DNA from: Candidatus Latescibacterota bacterium
GTDB lineage: Bacteria > Latescibacterota > UBA2968 > GCA-2709665
Length of the DNA: 64,000 nucleotides
Direction: 5' to 3'
NCBI GenBank assembly: GCA_965219455.1
Contig: OZ244744.1
Location: 768,001 to 832,000 of the forward strand
Every line of letters begins with the position of its first letter. Position 1 is the stretch's first letter. This document shows, one piece after another, positions 1 to 8,822 of this stretch. The position numbers and the translations under genes are program-made. The notes beneath the pieces are model-generated. The model saw nothing but the letters and a program-made list of their open reading frames with translations. It did not search any database and was not told where the DNA came from.

Positions 1-544
1 CTTGGTAATCCGGATTCCCGCCTTCCGAGTCACTGAATTCTTTCGTCTTTGCAAACACCTTCAACGCTTCATCGTACGACCCTTCCGCGATCAGATGCGC
101 ACCAAGAAACCAGTACGTAAACGCCAGCTGAGCGTCGGTCGGATCCAATTCATGCAGTTGCCTTACGCTGTACCGGGCAAATTCAATGCCCTGCCGCATC
201 TGATCGGGCGAAATCTTAACGCCCGGCTCGTCCCAGCCAATCCAGGTGAAGGACGCGGCGTTGGTGGCCATCCTCTTGGCGGCGAATCGGCGCGCTCTCG
301 CTAAATTGTCGTCGATGCCGTCGTGTCCGGATGCCGAAGCCAGACAAAAGCGGATGCCCTCTTTGGCGAAGTGGGTTACCTGCTCCGCGGACTTCGCCTT
401 CCAATAACAGTCGAGCACCAGGTCAACGAATGCCTGGGCGACGCCGGACTCATCCGCGAGTCCAAGCACGAACTCGCTGGCGGCGTAGAGGTCCTTTTCT
501 TTGGTGAGAGACTGGACCGTATCGAAAATCTCCTCGCGCGTCAC
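1..544 (-). CDS. Hypothetical alpha-helical (TPR-like) protein, runs off the left edge of the window
   Basis: Not in the ORF track. Manual translation from GTG at 544 is open to position 1: MTREEIFDTVQSLTKEKDLYAASEF...NAASFTWIGWDEPG...YWFLGAHLIAEGSYDEALKVF. The C-terminal part has a TPR-like pattern, and the gene lies directly downstream of polX on the same strand. Confidence 0.75.
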   Translation of the reverse strand, partial: MTREEIFDTVQSLTKEKDLYAASEFVLGLADESGVAQAFVDLVLDCYWKAKSAEQVTHFAKEGIRFCLASASGHDGIDDNLARARRFAAKRMATNAASFTWIGWDEPGVKISPDQMRQGIEFARYSVRQLHELDPTDAQLAFTYWFLGAHLIAEGSYDEALKVFAKTKEFSDSEGGNPDYQ

Positions 545-597
545 GGGATCCCGCCTTTGCCTCTAATCACAGCTAATCATACCTTAATCATAATCAA

Positions 598-2310
598 TCA
601 CAGTCCGGTTGCGCACCATGCCAGAAAGCCATCCAAAGGCATCGCGTTCAGTACATCCGCGGCCGTCAGGCCGCCCTTTCTGCCCACGCCCAGACCGTGC
701 TCCATCTGCTCCAATCCCTCCACACTGTGGGCATCGGTGTTGATGGCGATCTTCACCCCCTTTTCCCTCGCGTATCCGATATGCCGCCAGTCCATATCCA
801 GCCGTCGTGGATTGGCATTCAGCTCAATGGCCGTATTGGCCTCGGCCGCGGCGTCGATGACAGCGTGGTGATCCAGCGGATAACCCTCGCGCGAAAGCAG
901 CAATCGCCCCGTGGGATGACCCAGAATGTGCACGTGGAGATTCCGCACCGCGCGCACGATCCGTTCGGTCGCCTCAACCTCCGTCATACCGAACCTGGAA
1001 TGCACCGACGCCACGACGACGTCGAACTGTTCCAGAAATTCGTCCTCGAAGTCCAGCCGCCCGTCGCCCAGTATGTCCACCTCGATCCCCTTCAACACAC
1101 GGATGTCCTGCAGTTCCCCGTTGACGGTGTCAATTTCCTCCCACTGGGCACGAACCCGTTCCTCGGTCAGGCCGTTCGCGTAGGCCGCCGCCTTGCTGTG
1201 GTCGCATATCGCGATATATCCGTATCCCAGGCCGGCTGCCGCACTCGCCATCTCCTTCACGTCCGCCCGGCCGTCGCTGTGCCGTGTATGCACGTGCAGC
1301 GTCCCGATCAAATCGGCGCGTGATACCAGCCTGGGAAGCGCCCCGCACCCGGCCAGCCGGACCTCGTCTTCCCCCTCACGAAGCTCCGGGGGTATTTCGG
1401 ACAGACCCAGCGCTTCGAACAGCGCCGCCTCGTCCTCGCAGGGGATTCGACGATCTTCTCCGTCAAACAGTCCGTGTTCGTTCAACTTCAGGCCCCGCTC
1501 CTTCGCTCTGTCGCGTACCCGCGCAACGTGCGCCTCGCTGCCCGTAAGATGATGCAACGCACACGGGAACGCCTCATCATGTACCATCCACAGATTCGCG
1601 CTCATGCCCGACTGCAACATTACACTCAACCGCGTCTCACCCTTTTCCACAACTTCGTCCACTTCTCCGTACCGCACAAATGCCCCGGCCAGCCCGTCCG
1701 GATCCGTTGTTCGCGCCACCAGATCCACGTCCCTGTTCGTTTCCGTGCGCCGCCGAATCGTTCCGGCCACGGCCAACCGGTCTGCCTGGTCCTCCAGAAA
1801 AGCCCGAATGGCCTCCGCCTCTTCGCGAGCGTTATGACACAGAAACTGTCCCCGGTGCTTCTGCATATACTGAATTCCGTGCGCGATCCGGTCGGCAGTC
1901 TTCCTGCCGAATCCGCTCATCGCCTCCAATTCTCCGGAATCGCATGCTCTGGACAACGCATCTATGTCCATTATGCCCAGTTCTTCGTAAATTGCGCGCA
2001 CTCGCTTGGCCCCCAGACCGGGAATTTCCGTCATCTCCATCAACCCTTCGGGTACGGACGCCTTCAATTCCTCCAGACCCGGCAAACGCCCGGTCTCCAC
2101 GAGTCCGGTAATGCGTCCCGCCAGTCCCTTGCCGATTCCTCTGACCGAATCCAGCTTCCCCTCGGCAGCCAGCGTCGCCACGGGTTCCCGCAGCGACTCG
2201 ATACCCCTGGCCGCATTGGTGTACGCCCGTATGCGAAATCCACCCTCGCCGTTCAACTCCATCAGTGTCGCCATCTCCTCCAGGATTTCCGCGACCTCCC
2301 GGTTGTCCAT
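598..2310 (-). CDS. polX: DNA polymerase X family / PHP 3'-5' exonuclease (PolX), non-canonical polymerase site
   Basis: N-terminal FRIRAY and HhH motifs (GIGKG, PGLGAK, GFGRK), palm motif GTIRR...DVD, and PHP motifs HVHT, CDHS, GIEVD, SVHS, GHPTGR, NTDAH. GGAGG precedes the ATG at 2310. Confidence 0.95.
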   Translation of the reverse strand: MDNREVAEILEEMATLMELNGEGGFRIRAYTNAARGIESLREPVATLAAEGKLDSVRGIGKGLAGRITGLVETGRLPGLEELKASVPEGLMEMTEIPGLGAKRVRAIYEELGIMDIDALSRACDSGELEAMSGFGRKTADRIAHGIQYMQKHRGQFLCHNAREEAEAIRAFLEDQADRLAVAGTIRRRTETNRDVDLVARTTDPDGLAGAFVRYGEVDEVVEKGETRLSVMLQSGMSANLWMVHDEAFPCALHHLTGSEAHVARVRDRAKERGLKLNEHGLFDGEDRRIPCEDEAALFEALGLSEIPPELREGEDEVRLAGCGALPRLVSRADLIGTLHVHTRHSDGRADVKEMASAAAGLGYGYIAICDHSKAAAYANGLTEERVRAQWEEIDTVNGELQDIRVLKGIEVDILGDGRLDFEDEFLEQFDVVVASVHSRFGMTEVEATERIVRAVRNLHVHILGHPTGRLLLSREGYPLDHHAVIDAAAEANTAIELNANPRRLDMDWRHIGYAREKGVKIAINTDAHSVEGLEQMEHGLGVGRKGGLTAADVLNAMPLDGFLAWCATGL

Positions 2311-2339
2311 AACCTCCTCCATGATCAGGTTGCGGCCGC

Positions 2340-2915
2340 CTATTCCGGAGCCGCGACCCGGGTGCTTCCCACGTCATCCAGCAGACGGTTGTTCTTTTGG
2401 ATATAGTACGGGGTGAGGACAAAGGCAATCATATTCACCAGCAGGCTCAGAATCGCCAGGACCTCGTGCAGGATGGAATAAAACGACCGGCCGGCCTCGC
2501 CACCGCTCCACAGCAGGTCCGCGTGCGCCCCGCCGCCGATCATCGCGGTAACCATAATCAGTAAGATACCGAACGTCAGAAGGTAGAAAAAGCTGCCTTT
2601 GAATGCGCGAGCCCGGGCCAGAAACTCCGGGGCCAGACCACGCTCCCGCACCTCGGCCTTGATCGCCGAACCCGTTCCCATAAAATAAAACATCGTTGTC
2701 GTCTGCGTCAGGACCGTCAGGAACGCGGCCAGAAGCCCCACCTTCAAGTGGGCGCCTACGGAAACCGACATCCAGCCAAAACGGGCCGCGTAACCCATGC
2801 CGAAGCTGACCAGCAACAATGGAATATTCACAACGAGCATGCCCAGAATGGCCGCCTGCATCGTTGTCGATTTAACGCCTTCTGAAGCACCTGGCCGTTC
2901 TGACTCGGTTCCCAC
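2340..2915 (-). CDS. Hypothetical integral membrane protein (about 4 TM helices)
   Basis: Four hydrophobic segments; GGAGG RBS before the GTG; co-oriented with polX. Confidence 0.75.
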   Translation of the reverse strand: MGTESERPGASEGVKSTTMQAAILGMLVVNIPLLLVSFGMGYAARFGWMSVSVGAHLKVGLLAAFLTVLTQTTTMFYFMGTGSAIKAEVRERGLAPEFLARARAFKGSFFYLLTFGILLIMVTAMIGGGAHADLLWSGGEAGRSFYSILHEVLAILSLLVNMIAFVLTPYYIQKNNRLLDDVGSTRVAAPE

Positions 2916-3043
2916 CGTTGACCTCCCGCTAACGAATCCTGAACAGAATACACCCGCCCGCGAAGCTCCGAAACCGGCGCAAACCCCTCATGTTTTCGGT
3001 GGACATTTGGGTTGCAGGCTTTATTTTCTAGACCGTTCGCTGG

Positions 3044-3072
3044 AATATAGATAGAGAAGGCAACCCCGTCAA
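3044..3072 (-). promoter_or_regulatory. Putative sigma70 promoter for the membrane protein/polX unit
   Basis: TTGACG-N17-TATATT on the minus strand. Confidence 0.5.
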
Positions 3073-3103
3073 CTTCCACGCCAGACGCCTCAGGATACCA
3101 CCC

Positions 3104-4132
3104 ATGGCGAAAAAGCTGAATATCGCAATTGCCGGACTGGGCCGGGCCGGATGGTCCAAGCACTTCAACGATCTCAAAGAAGCGCCCGATTTCCAACTCG
3201 TCGCCGTAATCGATCCGCTACCGGAACGTCTCGAGGAGGCAGCCGCTCTTTCCGGTTGCCGGACCTACACGACCACGGGCGCTTTCTGGAGAAAAGAACG
3301 CCCCGACGTTCTGGTTGTCGCCACCCCCACGAGATTTCACGAACGGCATGCCCGAAAAGCACTCCGTGAAGGCTGTCACGTTATCCTCGAAAAACCGATG
3401 ACCACCACCCTCAAGTCGGCCGACCGTATTGTCGACGAAGCACAACGGCACGGCCGCCGCGTTCTCGTCTACCAGCCGCATCGCCTTTCTGCCGAAACTC
3501 AGATACTCAAAGGGATCCTCAATATCGGGATTCTTGGTCCGGTCTACCTCATCCGCCGGTGTCTGACGCGTTACGTGCGCCGCAACGACTGGCAGAGCCT
3601 GCGCAAACACGGCGGCGGCATGCTGAACAACTACGGCGCACACTATATCGACCAGTTGCTCTACCTTTCCGACGCCACGCCCGTTGCCGATATTCGATGC
3701 AATCTCTGGGCCGTTGCGACGCGCGGAGACGCGGACGACGTGGTCAAAGTCTGGCTGAAGACCGAGGGAAATCAGCTCCTTGATCTGGAAATCAACCACG
3801 CGGCTGTCCTGCCCCATTCACCATGGCACATTTGCGGGCGTTACGGAACCCTCGTACAGTCGGAGAATGCCTTCCATATCCGGTATTACGACCCCGACCG
3901 GGCGCCGGAACTGGAAGTGTTCGACGGCGCGGCGCCAGGGCGCAGCTACGACAACCGGGATCGGCTCCCGTGGCAAGAAAAGACCGTGCCGATCCGTCCC
4001 GATGCGCAACTCGACTTTTACACAAACATCTACGAGACTTTCGCGCGAAATGCAGAGCCCCATGTCAAGACCCATGAATCCCGCGAATTGATTCGCGTTA
4101 TCGAACAATGCCGGAAACGGGCTGTTTTCTGA
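3104..4132 (+). CDS. Gfo/Idh/MocA family oxidoreductase
   Basis: Rossmann motif IAGLGRAG, ATPT..H, LEKP, GGGML..YGAHYID. Confidence 0.92.
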   Translation: MAKKLNIAIAGLGRAGWSKHFNDLKEAPDFQLVAVIDPLPERLEEAAALSGCRTYTTTGAFWRKERPDVLVVATPTRFHERHARKALREGCHVILEKPMTTTLKSADRIVDEAQRHGRRVLVYQPHRLSAETQILKGILNIGILGPVYLIRRCLTRYVRRNDWQSLRKHGGGMLNNYGAHYIDQLLYLSDATPVADIRCNLWAVATRGDADDVVKVWLKTEGNQLLDLEINHAAVLPHSPWHICGRYGTLVQSENAFHIRYYDPDRAPELEVFDGAAPGRSYDNRDRLPWQEKTVPIRPDAQLDFYTNIYETFARNAEPHVKTHESRELIRVIEQCRKRAVF

Positions 4133-4142
4133 AAGGAGACCG

Positions 4143-5207
4143 ATGCGTAAATCTTCACGTGCTTTTCTCGAAGCCATGCTCAATGCGCCGGGTCCATCCG
4201 GGTACGAAGGACCCGTACGTGAAGTCTGGACGGCGGAAGCGAAGAAATACGCGGATAAAGTCACCGTTGACGCGCATGGCAACGCGATTGCGGTACACAA
4301 CGCCAACGGCAGCCCGCGAATCATGCTGTCCGGACATATGGATGAACTGGGGTTTCAGGTCAATCATATTGACGACGACGGATATATCTACGTCAATACC
4401 ATCGGCGGCTTCGATACCGGCATCATCCCCGGCAGAAAAGTCCGTATCCATACGTCATCAGGACCCGTACCGGGCGTGTTCGGCAAGAAACCGGTCCATC
4501 TGATGACGGAGGACGACCGCAAGAAAACGCCCGGCGTCCACGAACTCTGGATCGACATCGGCGCGGGAGACCGGAAGGAGGCCGGAAAAGTCGTCGACAT
4601 CGGCGACCCCATCACCTACGATCCCAATTTTGAAATCATCCGTGGAGACCTGGCCGTTTCCCGCGCTTTCGACAACAAGATGGGCGCGTACGTCGCCGCA
4701 GAGACCCTGCGCTGCGTTGCCCAGTCCGGGAAAACGTCCGAAGCCGCCCTGTTCGCCGTCGCCACCGTACAGGAAGAAATCGGCCTGCGGGGCGCAAAGA
4801 CCAGCGCCTACGGTATAGACCCGCACCTCGGCATCGGCCTGGACGTTGCCTGCGCAACCGATCATCCCGACGTCGACAAACGTCGTGACGGCGACCTGAA
4901 ACTGGACGCCGGCCCCGTTATCGCTCGCGGCGCCAACATCAATCCGGTCGTATTCAAACGCCTCGTGGCCGCTGCACGAACAGCCGATGTGCCTTATCAG
5001 ATCGAAGCCGCCTCCGGCGGAACCGGAACCGACGCGAACGCAATACAACTCACCCGCGCCGGCGTGGCAACCGGCCTTGTCAGCGTGGCGCTCCGTTATA
5101 TGCATACTCCCGTGGAAATCCTCTCGCTCAAAGACCTGGACCGAACCGTGTCTCTGCTTACGGAATTCATCCTGGCAATCACCCCGAGAACCCGATTCAT
5201 ACCGTAA
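4143..5207 (+). CDS. M42 family metallo-aminopeptidase
   Basis: GPSGYE, GHMDELG, AFDNK, VQEEIG, GTGTD, RYMHTP motifs. Confidence 0.93.
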   Translation: MRKSSRAFLEAMLNAPGPSGYEGPVREVWTAEAKKYADKVTVDAHGNAIAVHNANGSPRIMLSGHMDELGFQVNHIDDDGYIYVNTIGGFDTGIIPGRKVRIHTSSGPVPGVFGKKPVHLMTEDDRKKTPGVHELWIDIGAGDRKEAGKVVDIGDPITYDPNFEIIRGDLAVSRAFDNKMGAYVAAETLRCVAQSGKTSEAALFAVATVQEEIGLRGAKTSAYGIDPHLGIGLDVACATDHPDVDKRRDGDLKLDAGPVIARGANINPVVFKRLVAAARTADVPYQIEAASGGTGTDANAIQLTRAGVATGLVSVALRYMHTPVEILSLKDLDRTVSLLTEFILAITPRTRFIP

Positions 5208-5230
5208 CCTGTTGGGAAGCCGGAGGCACT

Positions 5231-6088
5231 ATGAAACTCTCCTGCACGTCCGTAATGTTACCACGCTGGGACCTGGACCTTACATTCGACAAACTGGCTG
5301 AACATGGGTACGAAGGCATCGAACTTCGCTGCCGCTACAACCCTGGAGACGATGACGAGGATCCCTCATTCTGGGGCCGTCACCTTTCCGGCGTCAACCC
5401 GGACAACATTGTTCACAAGGCCGAAGCGATCCGGGCCGCCGAAAGACGTACCGGCATACAGGTAATCGCCCTGGCCCCCAACGTCACGTTGGAAGATACC
5501 GACGTCGTGGAAAAACTGTTCCGCGGCGCCGCCACGCTGAACCCGGACAATCCGCCCATGATCCGCATCGGCGCTCCCCGGCACGACCGCACGCAGCCCT
5601 ACTGGGCACAGTTCCTCAACGCACGAGCGGGTTTCGCGAGCCTCGTTGAAACCGCGCGGCAATACAACGTCAAAATTCTCTATGAAATTCACGTGGGCAC
5701 CGTCGCCGTCACCTGTTCGCGGGCCATCGAACTGCTGCGAGACCTGGACCCGGAACGTATCGGCGCGATATACGACATACCGAACATGCTGCGCGTGGGC
5801 CTGGAAGACACCAGGATGGGCATGGAACTGCTCGGCCCTTATCTCGCCCATTGCCACATCGGCAATGGGCGACCCGTCACCACCGGCCGCGATCGCCTGG
5901 GCGCTTTGGATTGGGAATGGGACTTCGCCGACCTTCGGGAAGGCATTGCCGACATCGGCCAGATCATCCGTGACTTCAAAGACGTCGGTTACGCCGGCTA
6001 TCTCTCACTGGAAGACTTCGGGCCCGGCGACGACGATACCAAACTTGGCGAACAGGGCGAGTACTTGAGGCGGTTGCTAGACGCTTGA
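5231..6088 (+). CDS. Sugar phosphate isomerase/epimerase family (xylose isomerase-like TIM barrel)
   Basis: GYEGIEL, YEIH, YDIPN, HCHI, YLSLE motifs. Confidence 0.88.
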   Translation: MKLSCTSVMLPRWDLDLTFDKLAEHGYEGIELRCRYNPGDDDEDPSFWGRHLSGVNPDNIVHKAEAIRAAERRTGIQVIALAPNVTLEDTDVVEKLFRGAATLNPDNPPMIRIGAPRHDRTQPYWAQFLNARAGFASLVETARQYNVKILYEIHVGTVAVTCSRAIELLRDLDPERIGAIYDIPNMLRVGLEDTRMGMELLGPYLAHCHIGNGRPVTTGRDRLGALDWEWDFADLREGIADIGQIIRDFKDVGYAGYLSLEDFGPGDDDTKLGEQGEYLRRLLDA

Positions 6089-6252
6089 TCTACACCAGAC
6101 AAGACTCCGGGGCCGCTCCCCAATCTTCGCGGATATCCCGTATGACCGCACGGGTCCTGGTCCCGTTGCGGATCGGAACGGATTGATCGCGGAATACCTG
6201 CAGTGGAATTCACGCAAGGTGTTAAGCCCATCTTGTAGAGGAGCACCTGCGA

Positions 6253-7509
6253 ATGGAAAAGCGCAATTCCGATACGGACCGCATCCGGGTGGGTATCATC
6301 GGTGTCGGCAGGGGACAGAGCTTCGCCCGGGGCGCGACCGACGCCGTAGGCATGAAACTCGTGGCGCTATGTGATACCTGGAAGGAGAGACTCGAACAGG
6401 TCGGTAGAGAATACGGGGTGGCCACGTACACCGACTACGACCGTTTCCTCGAACATGAAATGGACGCGGTCATCCTGGCGAATTACAGCCATGAGCATGC
6501 ACCTTTCGCCATCAAGGCCCTTCGGGCGGAAAAACACGTGATGAGCGAAACCGCGGCGTGCAAGACACTCGCCGAAGGGGTTGCCCTGTGCCGCGCCGTG
6601 GAAGCAAGCGGCAACATCTACATGTTCGCTGAAAACTACCCTTTCTCCTCGGCAAACCAGGAGTTGCGCCGCCTCTACCGCAGCGGAGAGATCGGAAACG
6701 TCACCTACGCCGAAGGCGAATACAACCACGCCGCCGAAGAGAACTGGCGCCTGGGCATCTCTCCGGGCCTGAACCACTGGCGCAACTGGATCCCGCCCAC
6801 CTACTACTGCAGCCACGCGCTCGCGCCCCTGATGTGCGTCACGGGTACCATGCCCGTTTCCGTCAATGCGCTGTCCATTGTTGAAGAACCCACCCAATCT
6901 CCCCACCGGGTGCGCGTGGGAGATCAGGGCGGTCTGATACTGGTCCGGATGGACAACGGCGCCGTCTTTCGAATTCTGGGCTTGCAGCTCAGTTCCATCC
7001 ACCGCGTGCGCTACGAAATTCACGGCGAACGGGGTCTCATCGCCACCGCCGAGCCCAACCACTGGAGTTGCGTCCGTATTCACCATGAAGATTGGCTGCG
7101 CGACAAAGGCCAGCCAGCGGACCGCACCTACACCGCCGACTGGCCCGAACGCGGCGACCTCGCACGAAGGGCCGGCCACGGGGGCGGGGACTTCTGGACG
7201 AATTTTCACTTCGCGCGCGCCATCCGATCGGGCCGCCAGCCCTATCTGAACGTGTACCGCGGCGTCGCCATGGCCGCCGTCGGCGTGCAGGCCTGGCGCT
7301 CCTGCCTGGAGAGCGGCGCTCCCTATCCGGTTCCCGACTTCCGCAGGAAGACAGCCTGCAGACCCTACGTGGAGGACCACTGGTCGCCCTACCCAGAAGA
7401 CACCGGGCGCGGCCAGCCCCCTCCCAGCACGCGGGGTTACGTGAAACCGGGCCAGGATGCCATCCGAGGCGCCCGCGCTCGATGGCGCAGGCTCGGGTAC
7501 GACGGCTGA
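6253..7509 (+). CDS. Gfo/Idh/MocA family oxidoreductase
   Basis: VGIIGVGRG, AENYP, AEGEY.H, GHGGGD motifs. Confidence 0.9.
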   Translation: MEKRNSDTDRIRVGIIGVGRGQSFARGATDAVGMKLVALCDTWKERLEQVGREYGVATYTDYDRFLEHEMDAVILANYSHEHAPFAIKALRAEKHVMSETAACKTLAEGVALCRAVEASGNIYMFAENYPFSSANQELRRLYRSGEIGNVTYAEGEYNHAAEENWRLGISPGLNHWRNWIPPTYYCSHALAPLMCVTGTMPVSVNALSIVEEPTQSPHRVRVGDQGGLILVRMDNGAVFRILGLQLSSIHRVRYEIHGERGLIATAEPNHWSCVRIHHEDWLRDKGQPADRTYTADWPERGDLARRAGHGGGDFWTNFHFARAIRSGRQPYLNVYRGVAMAAVGVQAWRSCLESGAPYPVPDFRRKTACRPYVEDHWSPYPEDTGRGQPPPSTRGYVKPGQDAIRGARARWRRLGYDG

Positions 7510-7649
7510 CGCGGGAATTGCTACCGCACGACGGCGATTCTTCCTGCAGCCCACCTGCCATCCGAACCGCGCATGGCTTCCGTGCGCCGGTATAAACGAC
7601 GGCGTCAATTCCCCATTCCGAGGGACCGTTCAGGCTGCCTGGAATGGGC

Positions 7650-7678
7650 TTGACTTGCTCAGAATTCGAACATAGGTT
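7650..7678 (+). promoter_or_regulatory. Putative sigma70 promoter
   Basis: TTGACT-N17-TAGGTT upstream of the 2-hydroxyacid dehydrogenase gene. Confidence 0.35.
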
Positions 7679-7743
7679 GTGGTACTCGAACAGTACGTAA
7701 ACGCCTGCCCACCCGAATTCTCTCATCTGCTGCCCTATCCGAA

Positions 7744-8760
7744 ATGTCCAGCCGGAATCTAGACGTCGTTATCACGGACTTCATCTCCAATCCCGATCTC
7801 GAAAGGGAAATCCTCTACGACGTCGCCGGTGTCCGGGTTCTGAATGCAACCACGGAAGCCGAACTCGCCGGCAGAATCGAAGACGCCGACGCCATCATTG
7901 CGTATCACTATATCGCGGTTTCCGGAAGCACCCTCAGACGCCTGCGGCGGTGTAAGGTCATCGCCCGGGGCGGCGTCGGATTCGACAATGTTGACGTCGC
8001 CTGCGCCCGAGAACTGGGCATTCCGGTTTGCAACGTGCCCGACTACGGAACCGAAGACGTGGCCGATGCGGCCGTCGGCATGGCGGTTTCAATGATCCGG
8101 GGCGTCGCGTTTCTCAACTCCCGTCTGCGCGCTTCCCTGGGACCCTGGTCCCCCTCCCAGGCGGCGCCTCTGCAACGCATCCGTGGCAGCGTATTCGGAA
8201 TCGTCGGCCTGGGACGGATCGGCACCGCCGCCGCACTGCGCGCGAAGGCGTTGGGCATGGATGTGTGTTTTTACGACCCCTACAAGCCGGACGGATACGC
8301 CAAGGCCCTGGGCATACGACGCGTGGAAACCCTGGAGGAAACCCTTGGCCAGGCCTTCACGCTCAGCATCCACTGCCCGCTTACCGACGAAACCCGCCAC
8401 ATAATCAACGCCGAAGCCATCGCTCTGATGCCAGAAGGCGCATACCTTGTGAATACCGCCCGCGGCGCCATCGTTGATACGTCGGCGATCCCGGACGCTG
8501 TTGCATCCGGCCGTCTGGCGGGCGCGGGAATCGACGTATTCGAATGGGAACAACCCGAAGAAGACGATCCGCTCATCGAGGCCTGGCGCAACCCCGGCCA
8601 CCCCGCGCACCATCGCGTGCTTATCACGCCCCATTCGGCCTTTTACTCGGAGCAGAGCCTGACGGATCTGCGCGTCAAGACCGCCGAAACCTGCAGACGG
8701 GCTCTGCTCGGTCAGCCGCTTAGAAATATCGTCAACCCCCCGACCATCACGCGACCATAG
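7744..8760 (+). CDS. D-isomer-specific 2-hydroxyacid dehydrogenase (C-terminal binding protein-like)
   Basis: GVGFDNVD, NVPDY, GLGRIG, HCPL, NTARG, TPHSAFYS motifs. Confidence 0.92.
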   Translation: MSSRNLDVVITDFISNPDLEREILYDVAGVRVLNATTEAELAGRIEDADAIIAYHYIAVSGSTLRRLRRCKVIARGGVGFDNVDVACARELGIPVCNVPDYGTEDVADAAVGMAVSMIRGVAFLNSRLRASLGPWSPSQAAPLQRIRGSVFGIVGLGRIGTAAALRAKALGMDVCFYDPYKPDGYAKALGIRRVETLEETLGQAFTLSIHCPLTDETRHIINAEAIALMPEGAYLVNTARGAIVDTSAIPDAVASGRLAGAGIDVFEWEQPEEDDPLIEAWRNPGHPAHHRVLITPHSAFYSEQSLTDLRVKTAETCRRALLGQPLRNIVNPPTITRP

Positions 8761-8822
8761 CCGTTTGGTCGTCGAAGGTCCAAGCGGCGAGGACGTGAAG
8801 GCGGCAGGGACCCAACGTCACC

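Noticed and set aside
2-871. Plus-strand ORFs 2-304 and 323-871
   Set aside because: They lie antisense to the more plausible minus-strand gene (544 to <1) and polX.
7667-7680. Possible LexA (Cheo-type) box CGAACATAGGTTG
   Set aside because: Imperfect match, upstream of a dehydrogenase rather than a repair gene, and I saw no similar box before polX or rarA.
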